A DNA stretch of 64,000 nt, taken from the NCBI GenBank assembly GCA_026770705.1, contig JANJGN010000020.1:32984001-33048000 (forward strand). Direction: 5' to 3'. Source of the DNA: Isurus oxyrinchus. Taxonomy: Eukaryota. Shown piece after piece: positions 25,240 through 37,829 of the stretch. The notes below the pieces were generated by a model. It did no database searches. It saw nothing but the letters and a program-made list of their open reading frames with translations, and had not been told where the DNA came from. Both the position numbers and the translations under genes were made by a program. The first letter of the stretch is position 1. Every line of letters starts with the position of its first letter.

Positions 25240-27993
25240 ATGCCTACCTCTTTGAAGAAGTTCTGGTCGTCTCTGCGACAAGATTTCTGTATCGCTGTTT
25301 TGCCTTGCTCACCTTCATTGCTTTCCATTTCTCTCCTGGTGTTTGACAAGCTGTTTACTAAAACCCGCTTTCGCAGCCATATCTCCTTTCTCAGTGACTG
25401 TCTCCATCTCCGACTTACCCCACGTGGATTTCAACTGAAATTCCACCCCTCATGTTTCGAACCCACCCAGGATTACAGGTATCTCCGGGACATAAAACGT
25501 TTCTCGGACTGCTGTTCCCGTCACATTCTGAAATCCACACTCAGTGCCATGCGTCGCCATATGAACACACTCGACCTCTCCCTCCAGCAGCACCGCCGTA
25601 CCCTTTCTCAAAGCTGCGCGTGCCCCCAGTTTCATTTTATTCTTCTGCTCATCCGACGCCTCAACAAGAAACTTTTTCTCTTTCTCTCAAGTGCTAAGGA
25701 ACGCAAGCTCCAACAACTCATCGACACCAACACCCATCTAGGACCCTCCACTCCTGTCCGTCCCTCCGTCCCCACCCAATCTTCCAATCCCAACCCCAGC
25801 CGTGTATTCACTATACCCCCTGACCTTCCCCTCTCTGATGCTGAACTTTCAGTGCTCAGCAAAGGACTTAGTTTCATACCCTTACGCCCTCACCTCAATG
25901 AATTTCGGGCTCGGCACGATGCTGAACTCTTCTTGCACCGTCTTCGTCTCCGGGCTCACTTCTTTGGGCTGGAGTCCTCTCCCCATTCAACGGATCCTTT
26001 TACCCACCTCCAATATTCTCCCTCCACCTGGACCCCTCCCTCTGGATTCTTACCTTCTCTTGATCTTTTCATTGAGAACTGTCGGCGCGACATTAGTCGT
26101 CTCAATTTCTCTGCTCCTCTCACCCATTCCAATCTCTCTCTCTCTGAACTTACTGCACTCCATTCTCTCAGGTCCAACCCTGACATTGTCATCAAACCCA
26201 CTGACAAGGGTGGTGCTGTTGTTGTCTGGCGCACTGATCTCTACCTCGCGGAGGCTGAGCGTCAACTCGCAGACACTTCCTCCTACCTCTCCCTGGACCA
26301 TGACCCCACCACTGAACATCAAGCCATTGTTTCCAGGACTGTCACTGACCTCATCTCCTCTGGGGATCTTCCTCCCACAGCTTCCAACCTGATAGTCGCC
26401 CAACCTCGGATGGCCCGCTTCTATCTCCTACCCAAAATCCACAAACAGAACTGCCCCAGTAGACCGATCGTCTCAGCTTGCTCCTGCCCCACAGAACTCA
26501 TTTCTCGTTATCTTGACTCCCTTCTCTCTCCCCTTGTCCAGTCCCTTCCCACCTACATCCGTGATTCCTCTGACACTTTACGTCACATCAACAATTTCCA
26601 GTTCCCTGGGCCCAACCGCTTCATCTTCACCATGGACGTCCAATCCCTCTACACCTCCATCCCCCACCAGGATGGTCTGAGGGCCCTTAGCTTCTTCCTC
26701 GAACAGAGGCCCGAACAATCCCCATCCACCACTACTCTCCTCCGTCTGACTGAACTTGTTCTCACACTGAACAATTTCTCCTTCAACTCCTCTCACTTAC
26801 TCCAAATAAAAGGTGTGGCTATGGGTACCCGCATGGGCCCCAGCTATGCCTGTCTCTTTATGGGGTATGTGGAACATTCCTTGTTCCAGTCCTACTCCAG
26901 CCCCCTTCCACAACTCTTTCTCCGGTACATTGATGATTACTTCGGTGCTGCTTCATGCTCTCGTCGGGACTTGGAAAAATTTATTAATTTTGCTTCCAAT
27001 CTCCACCCCTCCATCATTTTCACGTGGTCCATCTCTGACACTTCCCTTCCCTTCCTTGACCTCTCTGTCTCAATCTCTGGTGATAGACTGTCCACCAATA
27101 TCCATTACAAACCCACCGACTCCCACAGCTACCTCGACTACAGCTCCTCACACCCCGCTTCCTGTGAGGACTCCATCCCATTCTCTCAGTTCCTTCGCCT
27201 CTGTCGCATCTGTTCCGATGATGCTACCTTCAAAAACAGTTCCTCTGACATGTCCTCCTTCTTTCTTAACCAAAGTTTTCCACCCACGGTCGTTGACAGG
27301 GCCCTCAACTGTGTCCGGCCCATCTCCCGCGCATCCGCCCTCACGCCTTCTCCTCCCTCCCAGAAACATGATAGGGTCCCCCTTGTCCTCACTTATCACC
27401 CCACCAGCCTCCGCATTCAAAGGATCATCCTCCGCCATTTCCGCCAACTCCAGCATGATGCCACCAAACACATCTTCCCTTCACCCCCCCCGTCGGCATT
27501 CCGTAGGGATCGTTCCCTCCGGGACACCCTGGTCCACTCCTCCATCACCCCCTACTCCTCAACCTCCTCCTATGGCACCACCCCATGCCCATGCAAAAGA
27601 TGCAACACCTGCCCCTTCACTTCCTCTCTCCTCACTGTCCAAGGGCCCAAACACTCCTTTCAAGTGAAGCAGCATTTCACTTGTATTTCCCCCAAATTAG
27701 TCTACTGCATTCGTTGCTCCCAATGTGATCTTCTCTACATTGGAGAGACCAAACGTAAACTGGGCGAACGCTTTGCAGAACACCTGCAGTCTGTCCGCAA
27801 GAATGACCCAAACCTCCCTGTCGCTTGCCATTTTAACACTCCACCCTGCTCTCTTGCCCACATGTCTGTCCTTGGCTTGCTGCATTGTTCCAGTGAAGCC
27901 CAACGCAAACTGGAGGATCAACACCTCATCTTCCGACTAGGCACTTTACAGCCTTCTGGACTGAATATTGAATTCAATAACTTTAGGTCTTGA
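25240..27993 (+). CDS. PLE polyprotein: reverse transcriptase + Cys-rich linker + GIY-YIG endonuclease (917 aa from first ATG; ORF track starts at TTG 25216)
   Basis: KPTDKGG motif, FYLLPKIHK, RPIVS, MDVQSLYTSIP, GVAMGTRMGP, RYIDD catalytic motif, FLDL, CPCKRCNTC linker, LVYCIRC…LYIGETKR…RFAEH…GLN. No stops or frameshifts. Confidence 0.95.
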   Translation: MPTSLKKFWSSLRQDFCIAVLPCSPSLLSISLLVFDKLFTKTRFRSHISFLSDCLHLRLTPRGFQLKFHPSCFEPTQDYRYLRDIKRFSDCCSRHILKSTLSAMRRHMNTLDLSLQQHRRTLSQSCACPQFHFILLLIRRLNKKLFLFLSSAKERKLQQLIDTNTHLGPSTPVRPSVPTQSSNPNPSRVFTIPPDLPLSDAELSVLSKGLSFIPLRPHLNEFRARHDAELFLHRLRLRAHFFGLESSPHSTDPFTHLQYSPSTWTPPSGFLPSLDLFIENCRRDISRLNFSAPLTHSNLSLSELTALHSLRSNPDIVIKPTDKGGAVVVWRTDLYLAEAERQLADTSSYLSLDHDPTTEHQAIVSRTVTDLISSGDLPPTASNLIVAQPRMARFYLLPKIHKQNCPSRPIVSACSCPTELISRYLDSLLSPLVQSLPTYIRDSSDTLRHINNFQFPGPNRFIFTMDVQSLYTSIPHQDGLRALSFFLEQRPEQSPSTTTLLRLTELVLTLNNFSFNSSHLLQIKGVAMGTRMGPSYACLFMGYVEHSLFQSYSSPLPQLFLRYIDDYFGAASCSRRDLEKFINFASNLHPSIIFTWSISDTSLPFLDLSVSISGDRLSTNIHYKPTDSHSYLDYSSSHPASCEDSIPFSQFLRLCRICSDDATFKNSSSDMSSFFLNQSFPPTVVDRALNCVRPISRASALTPSPPSQKHDRVPLVLTYHPTSLRIQRIILRHFRQLQHDATKHIFPSPPPSAFRRDRSLRDTLVHSSITPYSSTSSYGTTPCPCKRCNTCPFTSSLLTVQGPKHSFQVKQHFTCISPKLVYCIRCSQCDLLYIGETKRKLGERFAEHLQSVRKNDPNLPVACHFNTPPCSLAHMSVLGLLHCSSEAQRKLEDQHLIFRLGTLQPSGLNIEFNNFRS

Positions 27994-28405
27994 GCTGCCT
28001 CCTCCATCCCCATCCCCTTTCTGTTTCCCCCTTCCTTTTGTTTTTTTTTCCAATAATTTATATAGATTTTTCTTTTCCCACCTATTTCCATTATTTTTAG
28101 ATATTTTTAAATATTTTATGCTCCCCCCAACCCCACTAGAGCTATACCTTGAGTGCCCTACCATCCAGTCTTAATTAGCACATTGGTTTAGATAATATCA
28201 CCAACTTTAACACCTATGTGTTCTTTTGTTCTGTTGTTTGTGACATCTTTTGATGATCTGCTTCTATCACTGCTTGTTTGTCCCTACAACCACACCAACC
28301 CCTTCCACTTCTCTCTCTCTCTCCCCCCCCACCCCCCCCCCCTCCCCCACCCCTTACACACCTTAAACCAGCTTATATTTCAACTCTTTCTTGGACTCGA
28401 ACTCA

Positions 28406-28444
28406 AGTTCTGTCGAAGGGTCATGAGGACTCGAAACGTCAACT
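28406..28444 (+). ncRNA. Minimal hammerhead ribozyme motif (variant core CUGUCGA)
   Basis: AGTT-CTGTCGA-A-GGGTC(atgag)GACTC-GAAA-CG-TC^AACT: stem I AGTT/AACT, palindromic helix III ACGT, GUC cleavage triplet. Confidence 0.7.
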
Positions 28445-28589
28445 CTTTTCTTCTCTGCTGATGTTGCCAGACCTGCTGAGTTTTTCCAGGTAATTCCATT
28501 CCAACCATTCACCACTTTCCTTTATCATCCGGCCCACTTCATATCCATGCTGCCACTGTCCCTTTTATCCCATGGGCTAACTATCCTCC

Positions 28590-30040
28590 TTTGTGCTAGG
28601 TATGATTCCAGTCAGTGGAAAGTTTTCCCCCGATTCCCATTGACTTCAATTTTGCTAGAGTTCCTGGATGCCACACTCGGTCAAACGCTGCATTGATGCC
28701 AAAGTAGGTCACTTTCATCTTACCTCTGGAATTCATCTCTTTTGTCCATGCTTGAACCAAGGCTGAAATGAGCTCTGCAGCTGAGTGGTCCTTGCAGAAC
28801 CCTAACTGAACATCAGTGAGCAGGTTATTGGTGAGTAAGTGCTGCTTGATAGCACTGTCAACAGCCCCTTTCATCATTTTGCTGATGACTTAAAGAAGGT
28901 TGATGGGGTAGTAATTGGTTGGATTGTATTTGTCCTGCTGTTTGTGGACAAGACATAGTTGGGCATTTTTTTTCACTTTGTCAGATAAAGCCAGTGTTGT
29001 AGCTCTATTGGAACAATTTGGAGGCATAGCTAGTATTGGCCTTCAGCACAACAGCAAAATGTTGTCAGAGTTTCTAGCCTTTGCTGTATCCTGTGTACTC
29101 AGCCATTTTTTGATATTAACTGGAGTGAATCAAATTGACTGAACACTGACACCTGTGATGGTGGTGACCTCAGGAGGCCAAGATGGATCATTCACTCAGC
29201 AATTATTGCTGAAGATGTTGCAAATGTTTAAACCTTGTCTTTTGCACTAACAGGCTGAAATCTGCCATCACTGAGGATGGGAATGTTCCCCTCCCATTTG
29301 TTGTTTAATTGCCCACCAACATTCATAACTGGATATGACAGGACTGGAGAACTTTGATCTAATCTGTTCATTGTGGGATCACTTAGCTCTGCCTTTAGCA
29401 TGTTGCTTCTGCTAATTAGAATGCATGTAGTCTGTGTTATAGCTTCACCAGATTGGTATCTCATTTTTAGGTACGCCCAGCGCTACTCCTGGCATGCTTT
29501 ACTACACTCCCGATTGAATTAGGGTTGAACGCTAGATTTGATAATAATGGCAGATTGAGAGATATGTTGGGATGTGAGGATACAGGTTCTGATTGAATAC
29601 AATTCTGCTGCTGCTGATGGCCAACTGTGCCTCATTGATGCCCAGTTTTGAGCTGCTAGATCTGTTCTGAATTGATCCCATTTAGCATAGTAGTATTGTC
29701 ACACAACGTGATAGAAAGTGTCCCCACAGTTAGAAGATGGGACTTTGTCTCCACAGGGGCTGTGCATTGATCATTCTCTCCCTACTATGGATATATGTTT
29801 CTGTGATAGACTGATGAGGACAATTGCAAGTAGGTTTTCCTTCATGCTCATTCTTTCACCACCCGTCTGGCAGCTATGTCCTTCAGGACTTGGACAGTTT
29901 GGTCAGTAGTGGCGCTACCAAGCAACTCTTGGCAATGAACATTGAAGTTTCCAACCCAGAGTACATTCTGTGCCCTTGCCACCTTCCATACTTCTTCCAA
30001 GTGGTGTTCGAAGTAGAGGAGCATGGTTTCATCAGTTGAG
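28590..30040 (-). mobile_element. CR1-group LINE family B ORF2 fragments
   Basis: ORF 28596..28877 HLLTNNLLTDVQLGF…INAAFDRVWH.G.LAKL is a non-LTR RT motif; more decayed upstream ORF2 follows. Confidence 0.8.
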
Positions 30041-30462
30041 GAACTTTGGATTACTATGTCGTAAATTTTTTTGGTGGTGTCCTATACATGTTCTTTTTAA
30101 ACTGCTTTTGAGCTTGACAGAGGCAGTGTGCCTCAAATATTCACCTATGGGATTTATATAACGATGTTAAGTGGTCTTGTCAACAAATATAAACCATGTA
30201 CATTGCTGTTCAATCATTCCTACTAATTAAAATATCTAATCGGAAACAATAACTGTTTCTCTCTCCAGAGACACTGCCAGGCCTGCTGAATGTTTTTATT
30301 TCAGATGGCCTAATAACTCTACATGATGGAGATGACACAGCTCTAAGATGGCTGCAATTATATGTCAACTCTACATTTAATGATTTCATAAACAAAACTA
30401 CAGGCAAAATTGATCAAAAGATATTTACAGCAATCCATTAAGCAACATGAAAAATGAATAGT

Positions 30463-33400
30463 GGCCTGAACTTTCTGAGGAGCGGCAATCACCTTCAGGT
30501 TGCTACTCCACTCCTACTTTTCTGCACCATGCCAGAGCACCGCAATTCTGGCCGGGACATTCAATCCCGACTTCTCCAGAAATGTGGAGTGCACCTGAAA
30601 GGGAACTGCTTCTTCGTAGTGCTAGATCATCGAGGGAAGAGAGCCATGCCCCTTCTTATGGCTCCATTTGCTGCATTCTGGTAAGTAAAGAGTTTGAATA
30701 TCCCAAAGCTTCTTTTGAGAAGCTACAGACGGAAAGTATAGTAATTACGGTTTTAGTCAGTATGCAATGTACCTTTAAGAATAGTACTTGTTAGATAAGG
30801 TCACATGATCTGTAGTAATCACTATGAGAGCAGCTCGAGCTACCTCAGGAGTCAGTGCAGAGATAGAGTTGGAGTTGAAAGCACACGTGTATTTGCTGTT
30901 GAGTATATTGTAAATAAACTTAATGTTTCCACCCAAAAAGTGTCTGCAGATCAACTATCATTAATAGCACAACTGAGCCACCCAACAACAAAGTGGCGAT
31001 GAGGATAAAACAGGATTGAACAGAAGAAATCAAGCTAGAAAGAAATCAGCACTGCACTTTGCCCAGTGATTGTAAGTAGCAAGCTCATTAGAATTGAAGA
31101 AGTTATCCCCTCTCAAAACGCCACAAATTAGGAGAATTGATCCATTTGAACCTGTCACAGACATTTGGTCTCAATACATAGAATGCCTCACCTTTTTTCA
31201 AGCAAACAAGGTTACGGGAGAAGAGAAGAGGTGAACAATCCTCTTGAGTACTTGTGGGAGTAAAACCTACAGCTTGATTCAAAGTTTGATGGCACCCAAT
31301 GCCCCAGATTTAAAGAATTTCGATGAGTTGGTGGACCTCCTGAAGGGTCATTTCCAAACCAAGTCCTCAGTCACGATGCAGAGGTTCAGGTTTAATTCAT
31401 GAAATAGAGCCCCAAGTGAGACAATTGCATGTTATGTGGCAAATTTGAAGCAGCTAACAAAACATTGAGAGTTCAGTACAACTCTGAATGACATGCTCAG
31501 AGGTCATTTAGTATGTGGTATGAAAGAGGACACTATTCACAAAAGATTATTGTCCAAAGTGAATCTGGATTTCAAGAAGGCACTAGAGATAGTGCTGGCC
31601 ACTGAAAACACTGTAAGAAATTCAAAAAGTGATACCAGGTGCACAAAATGGTCCCGTCCTCCACATCAGGTGGGAAACCTCAATCAAAAGTGGTGCAAAA
31701 AAAAAAAGAGACTCCGGCAAGAAGCGGGAAACAGACCCCACTAGCCGAAGCCAAATAAAGTAAAATAACTTAGCAGCAAAATCGAAGAATAATTTTAACA
31801 GAGGTGGAAACAGTCAGTTTTTTAGTGATTGGCAGTTTTTTAAAAATCGAATGCTACTATTGTCATAGAAACGGGCATATGATGAGGCAATGCAAGGAAA
31901 GATTCAAGCAGGCTTGTAAACAAAAGAAGAAGCCCAATGAAATCTACAATGTAGAACAGCCTGAAACAACAAATTGTGATAGTTATTCCTTGTTTAATCT
32001 GAAAGTTGGAAAGACAGGACCAATATTTCTCACAGTGAAAATGAACGGCAAAACTGTTAGAATAGAAATGGACACGGGAGCTTCCACTGCAGTAATTCGG
32101 AAACAGTCCTTTGGATACTTGAATAATGGTGAACATCAATTAAGTTTAGAAGAAACAGATGCCAAGCTAAAAACATATATGGGTGAAGACATTCAAGTAA
32201 AAGGCATAAATAGAGTAACCAATCAGCAAAGCTACCGTAGATGGTGGTAGCAGGTGAAGGGCCAAGCCTCCTGGGGTGGAATTGGTTAAAGGAAATTAAG
32301 TTAAAATGGGCTGAAATTTTTCAGTTGAGAGCAAGTGGGCTACCAGAGCTACTTAGAAAGTAGGCCACTGTCTTTAAGGATGAACTGGGGAAAATCCAGG
32401 ACCTGCAGGACAAGATTCATGCGGATTCGAAAGCAGCCCCTCACTTCATGAAGGCAAGATCGGTGCCATATGCCCTGCAAGAAAATGTTGACATTGAGCT
32501 GAACAGACTAGAGAAATTGGGCTTAATACAACCTGTTCAATTCTCAGAATGGGCAGAACCCATAGTCCCTGTCCTTAAATCCGATCAAAGCATCCAAATT
32601 TGTGGAGATTACAAACTGACAGTTAATAAAGTAGCTAAGCTAGACAGTCATCCCATTCCTAAAATTGAAGATCTGGCAGGAGGGACAACAAACACATGAC
32701 ATGAGTCATGCTTATCAATAACTAGAGTTGGATAATGCCTCCCAGTAATTTGTCACAATGAATACCCACAATAGGTTGTACCAATGTACAAAATTGCCTT
32801 TCAGTGTCTCCACTACTTATGCCATCTTTCAGAGAACAATGGAAAGCATACTGCAGGGACTGCCCCAGATTGTAGTCCATTTAGGCGATGTATTGGTGAC
32901 AGGATTCACTGAAAAAGAGCATTTGACAAACTTAGAAGAAGTCTTAAATGTTTCTTGCAAGCTGGAGTGTGTTTACAAAAAGAAAATTGCACATTCCAGG
33001 AGAGGGAAGTAATCTATCTGGGTCACTGGGTAGATTCACAGGGTCTCCTGATGGAGGAGAAAGTGAGAGCCATAAGACCTGTGCCAAAGAACACCTCAGA
33101 GCTCAAATCATTCCTAGAAATGATCAACTATTATGGGCAGCTCTTACCCAATTTGTCTACAGTGCTGGACCCCTGCATTCTCTACTCAAAAAGAACCAAC
33201 GTTGGTCTCGGGAGGTGCCCCAGAAAGAAACTTTCATAAAGGTGCACTCGTCCAATCTAGTAGTGCATTATGACCAGACGAAAGAATTGGTGCTGACATG
33301 TGACACATCTCCCTACAGAGTGGGAGCAGTGTTCTCTCATCGGATAGACCACAGCACCGAACAGCCAATAGGTTACATATCAAGAATGCTCACCACAGCG

Positions 33401-35760
33401 GAAAAGGAATACTCACTGATAAAAAAAGACCAGTCCATCATCTTTGGTGTCAAGAAATTTCACCAGTATGTATACAGCCAACATTGTACAATCGTTTCAG
33501 ACCACAAACCATTGCTAGGATTGTTTAGTGAAGACAAGGCTATACCACCCACAATCTCAGCAAGAATACAACGATGGGCTTTAACTCTGGCTTCATACAA
33601 ATACACTTTCATACATAGGCCTAGCAAGCAAGTCGCAAACGCTGATGCCCTTAGTTGTTTGCCTTTACAAGAAAATGATGAGTACGTCCCAGTTCCACAG
33701 GAACTTGTTTTACTGTTAAATTTCTTAGATTCCTTGCCAGAGTGTGCTCAACCAATCAGAGACTGGACAAGTTGGGACCCAGTCCTATCTCAAGAGAACA
33801 AGTGCTACATGGTTGGTCACAGGAGCCTGTATCTGACAAAATGAAACTGTACTTCAACAGAAGACATGAAAGTTCAGTATAATACTGTGTGCAATGTCAG
33901 CAACTGCAAAATTTGCCAGTGACAGTTCCGTTACACCCATGGGAGTGGCCAGGTAAACCAAGGGTTTACACATTGTTCCAAGGGATGGTCCAACTTAGGC
34001 AATGTTTCTGCTCATTGTCGATGCCCATTCAAAATGGTTGGACATATATGAGGTGAAGTCACCAACATCGGCCGCAACAAGTAAGAAACTATGTTAGAGT
34101 TTTGCCATTCACTGACTACCAGAAGTAGTAATTTCCAATAACGGCACAGCATTTACAAGTACGGAGTGTCAACAGTTTATCAGCCCCAACAGTTTCACTC
34201 ATGTGAAAATTGCACCATACCACCCTTAACTAAAATGGACTGGCCAAAAAGACAGTTCAAACGTTCAAGGCAGGCAAAAGAAAGCTAATTGGCGATTTCA
34301 TGGCAACCAAGCTAGCACACTTTGTTTTTCATTACAGCACAGCCCCTCATACAACAACAGGTGTCACACCTGCGGAGTTATTATTGAAACGCCATCTCAG
34401 GACGGGATTGAGCTTAATAATGCCAAGTTTTGAGGGGAAAGTGAAAAGAAGTCAGGAAAGCCAGAAAACTAGATACGACTGGCATAGTCGCAAGAGGAAA
34501 TTTACTGCGGGAGAGCCGGTATACGTAAAAAACTTCGGGGAAGGGCCAAAGTGGTTACCAGGTACAATAAGTGAGGTGATTGGACATATATCTCATCACA
34601 TGGAGGTGGAAGGCTGGATCATCCGGATCATTTAAGGAAGAAAGAGACAAATCACCAAGATTTGGTTCCGCCAATGATAGTGACTGGATCTGTGTTTCCT
34701 GTTGAGGATGTTCCTCCCAGGACTGACATGTCAGATGTTTCTGTAAGAGTTGAGGATACAGAACTGAAAGTGCCCACTGAAGCACCTGATGTTCAGGCAA
34801 CCCCGGAGAAGGAGGTTCCTGATGAAGAATCTGAAGTTGTGGAGCTGCAACATTCCACACGTCCCAGGAAACCACGTGAAAGACTGAACTTATAAATTCC
34901 TTACCCAGTGTAAATATTATGTTGTCTTGAAAAATGTGTATAGCCGAGTTAAAGGGGGAAGAATGTAGTAATTATGGTTTTATTTAGTGTGTAATGTACC
35001 TTTAAGAATAATACTTGTTAGGCAAAGGTCACTTGATCTTTAGAAACCAATAGGAGAATAGCTTGGGCTACCTCAAGAGTCAGTGCAGAGATAGATTTGG
35101 AGTTGAAAGCACACGTGTAGTTGCTGCTGAGTATATTGTAAATTAATTTAATGTTTCCACCCAAGAAATGTCTGCAGATCAACTCTATCATTAATAGCAC
35201 AACTCAGCTGCCCTACAACAGAAGTGGATAAGAGGGTAGGCTGGATAAAGGGGTAATGTGAATGAGGGGGGAATGTGAAGGGATAGGGTGGCAGGTGGGT
35301 GAATGGGTAAGTGGATCGAGTTGGGAGGGGTTGTCAGGTCAAAGGCTAGTCAGCTCGAGTTGAAGTCTGGTTGGATCAGGTCAGATGGAGTCCAGGGGTC
35401 AAAGAGGGAGTCAGGTGGTGGGGTCTAGTCAGGTCAGGTTGAGGGGAGGGAATTTTGGGTGACAGTGTGAGTGATTGGGGGTGTTAGTTGTATAATTACC
35501 CAAGTGTTAGACTCAGATTTTTCTACCTAACATTTCCTGGGTGACTATTCAGGGAAATTAACTTGGAACAATCTGAAGTCTCCAATTCTAGCCCAGAGTT
35601 GAAGGCTTTTTCAGAGAGTCCTGGGAAGCAGGGGTATTGCGCGCTGGAAGTTCAAGCTTCACAGGCAATTCCTATGGAGTCAGTGCTTTGGGACTTCCAA
35701 GGAGTGCAATAGCGCATCTTTGGGATTATGTCCGGTCACCAACCATCCGGAATAGTGGTC
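30463..35760 (+). mobile_element. Non-autonomous TIR-type repeat split by the Gypsy at 30737-35220; same family as 42024-42736
   Basis: 30463-30736 plus 35221-35760 align to the reverse complement of 42024-42736 (TTGC.ACTCCACTCCTA…CTTCTT.GTAGTGC..GATCATC…TTGAGAAGCTAC, then a G-rich tract). Confidence 0.65.
30737..35220 (+). mobile_element. Gypsy (Mag-clade) LTR retrotransposon, near-complete but degenerate gag-PR-RT-RH-IN
   Basis: LTRs 30737-30990 and 34964-35220; PBS TGGCGATGAGGAT (30994); PPT AAAGGGGGAAGAA; CYYCHRNGHMMRQC knuckle, MDTGAS protease, RT SEWAEPIVPV…CGDYK, RNase H LTCDTS…SDHKPL…NADALS, integrase VDAHSKW…PHTTTGVTPAELL. TSD unclear. Confidence 0.95.
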
Positions 35761-35829
35761 AGTTTTATTTTCATAAAATAAATTTTAATCAAAAGCTGAA
35801 AGAACTGGATATTGCAGTTTTAAGGCATA

Positions 35830-35995
35830 ATGTGTTCAAGACTGAGATTGATAGATTTCTACATATTAAAAACATCAAGGGATATGGGGATAGTGCAGGA
35901 AAATAGTGTTGAAGTAGAAGATCAGCCATGATCTCATTGAATGGTGGAATGGGCTTGAAGGGCTGAATGGCCTACTCCTGCTCCTACTTCTTAAA
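35830..35995 (+). mobile_element. CR1 3' end
   Basis: FKTEIDRFL..K.IKGYG followed by the tail GATCAGCCATGATCT…GGGCTGAATGGCCTACTCCTGCTCCT. Confidence 0.8.
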
Positions 35996-37829
35996 TTCTT
36001 AGGTAGTGAATTGGATACTGCAGCTTTAAGACATGGTGAATCAGATTCTGCGTTTTTAAAACATGGTGAATTGATAAGGCTATAGGAGTGAAATTGAAGT
36101 TAATGGGAAAGAAAATCAGGCATGGCATGAAATTGGCTGCCGAATTTGTGCTACTGGCGAGATCTAATTTCACTTCCAAGATGAAGAAGCCTTTATCAGG
36201 TTCATTAATCTCCATAAGGAAATTACATATTTTAATTGTTTTTTCATTTAGCAGCAATTGGTAAATTCTTTGAATTTTCTTTTTTTTGTGCACTAGAATG
36301 AACAAAGTGCATTGATAAAAATTTCTTTCTAAGCCCATATATAATTAAAAATGAATTGAACATCCCAAAAAGAGTAAGAGTTGCTAATGTTACTTCAGAA
36401 GTTTGCTTTTGAGCTGAGGGAATAACTTTTTTTCTTAACTTAGCACTTCTTCGTAATCAGACAGGAAAAGCCTGTTCCTATTGTTCCTTTGCATTCAACT
36501 AGTTATTTCTTAAAAATGCAACCAGTTATATGAATTTTAAAATGATTTTCTAGGAAAACAAGTAAAATTGATGCAGAGATAAAAATATTCATTTTAATGG
36601 GCTTTCCATTCATCTTTCTGTTGCTAAGAATAAATGCTATTTATTAGTTTTACAGACAGGCCAATTTCAAATTTATAGTTATAATATGCACTGTGTTTGT
36701 ATTAAAATTTAAATATAGTAAAACTGGTGGTTTGAAGGATTTCCACCAATTCATTTTAATTACAATAAAATTATGTAGGTTCATCTTTGGCCCTACTTGC
36801 CTAGTGGAAACCAGACAGATAAGCAACTAAAAATAAGCAGATTGTTTACATATTCAGATCCTAACCGTTTGTGATACTAACCTGTAGGGTCACACAGGTA
36901 GATTCCTCATAAATTCCTGCAAACAAGGTCTTGTTATGTCAGTAAGATCCCATTGCAGTTCTAACTGGGGGAGGCTGCAGACAGAAGATACTTACCCCTG
37001 AGACCAGGAGAAACACGAGTGCTCCATTAGGTCCACAAGGAAAGTCACAGCTTGCCCTAGACACACCTCCCTTACCGAAACTCTGCTCTGCCACAGACCT
37101 GAAAGCCGGCAGGTGGTCAGATCCCGCCCACTCTTCAGTCGCTGAAGGCCCACTTCATGTCCTTGCTGGTAGGAAGCAAAGGCGATGCCTTTAACTGAAG
37201 CCTAACAGTTAAAATCACCATCGCCCTCGTACTGCAGCTGCAAGGCAGAAGTTAACTCTCTCAAGCAAGCTTCTGCCGAAAATCCATTTCTAATTGTGGT
37301 CTTTCTTAATTTAATTGCGAGTTTGTAATTCTGAGTGAAATTAAAAATTAAACTTTGAAATTTTAGTTTTAAAAGATAATGGCTATGAAATTGGACTCCA
37401 AAGTGGTTCCGACACTATGGCAGCCGTAAAGACAGAAATTAGCTGTCAGAATACTTGCAGCCTCCTCCTGAGTGGCGGGTGAGACACTAAGCAGAGGTTC
37501 GCATGTGCCCGAAGTGGGCAGACTGTAACATTAATCAGCTTCTTCAGTTGGCTTGATACATTTTCTCTCAATTTGAAAAGAGCGGGTCCAGTTAATGCCT
37601 TTTCCAATACACTCACAGCCAAATATGCTTTCAGCTACAGAAGGAACCCCGCTCCCCCAACCAGCGCTATTTAAAGGGCCAATCATCCAACTTGCAGGTG
37701 GGATGCTTTTGATTTACTTCTGCTCTTGCAAGATTTGTGGAAATAGTATGGTGCGCTCCCAGAGCCTTTCCCCTCCCATAACCTCAGCCAAGAGCATTGC
37801 GTGAGGCACCAATGATTTGCCAAGGAGGT

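Larger units (their letters stand above)
24123..28495 (+). mobile_element. Penelope-like retroelement (Neptune-type) with a 5' inverted partial copy (24123-25190)
   Basis: Most of 24123-25190 is the reverse complement of 27470-28496, plus an extra ~50-nt tail. Flanked by the 12-bp direct repeat CCATTCCAACCA (24111-24122, 28496-28507); inserted in CR1. Confidence 0.95.

Noticed and set aside
25802-27667. Overlapping alternative-frame ORFs (196 aa, 284 aa) in the PLE
   Set aside because: Pro/Ser-rich shadows expected from the C/T-rich codon bias of the main ORF.
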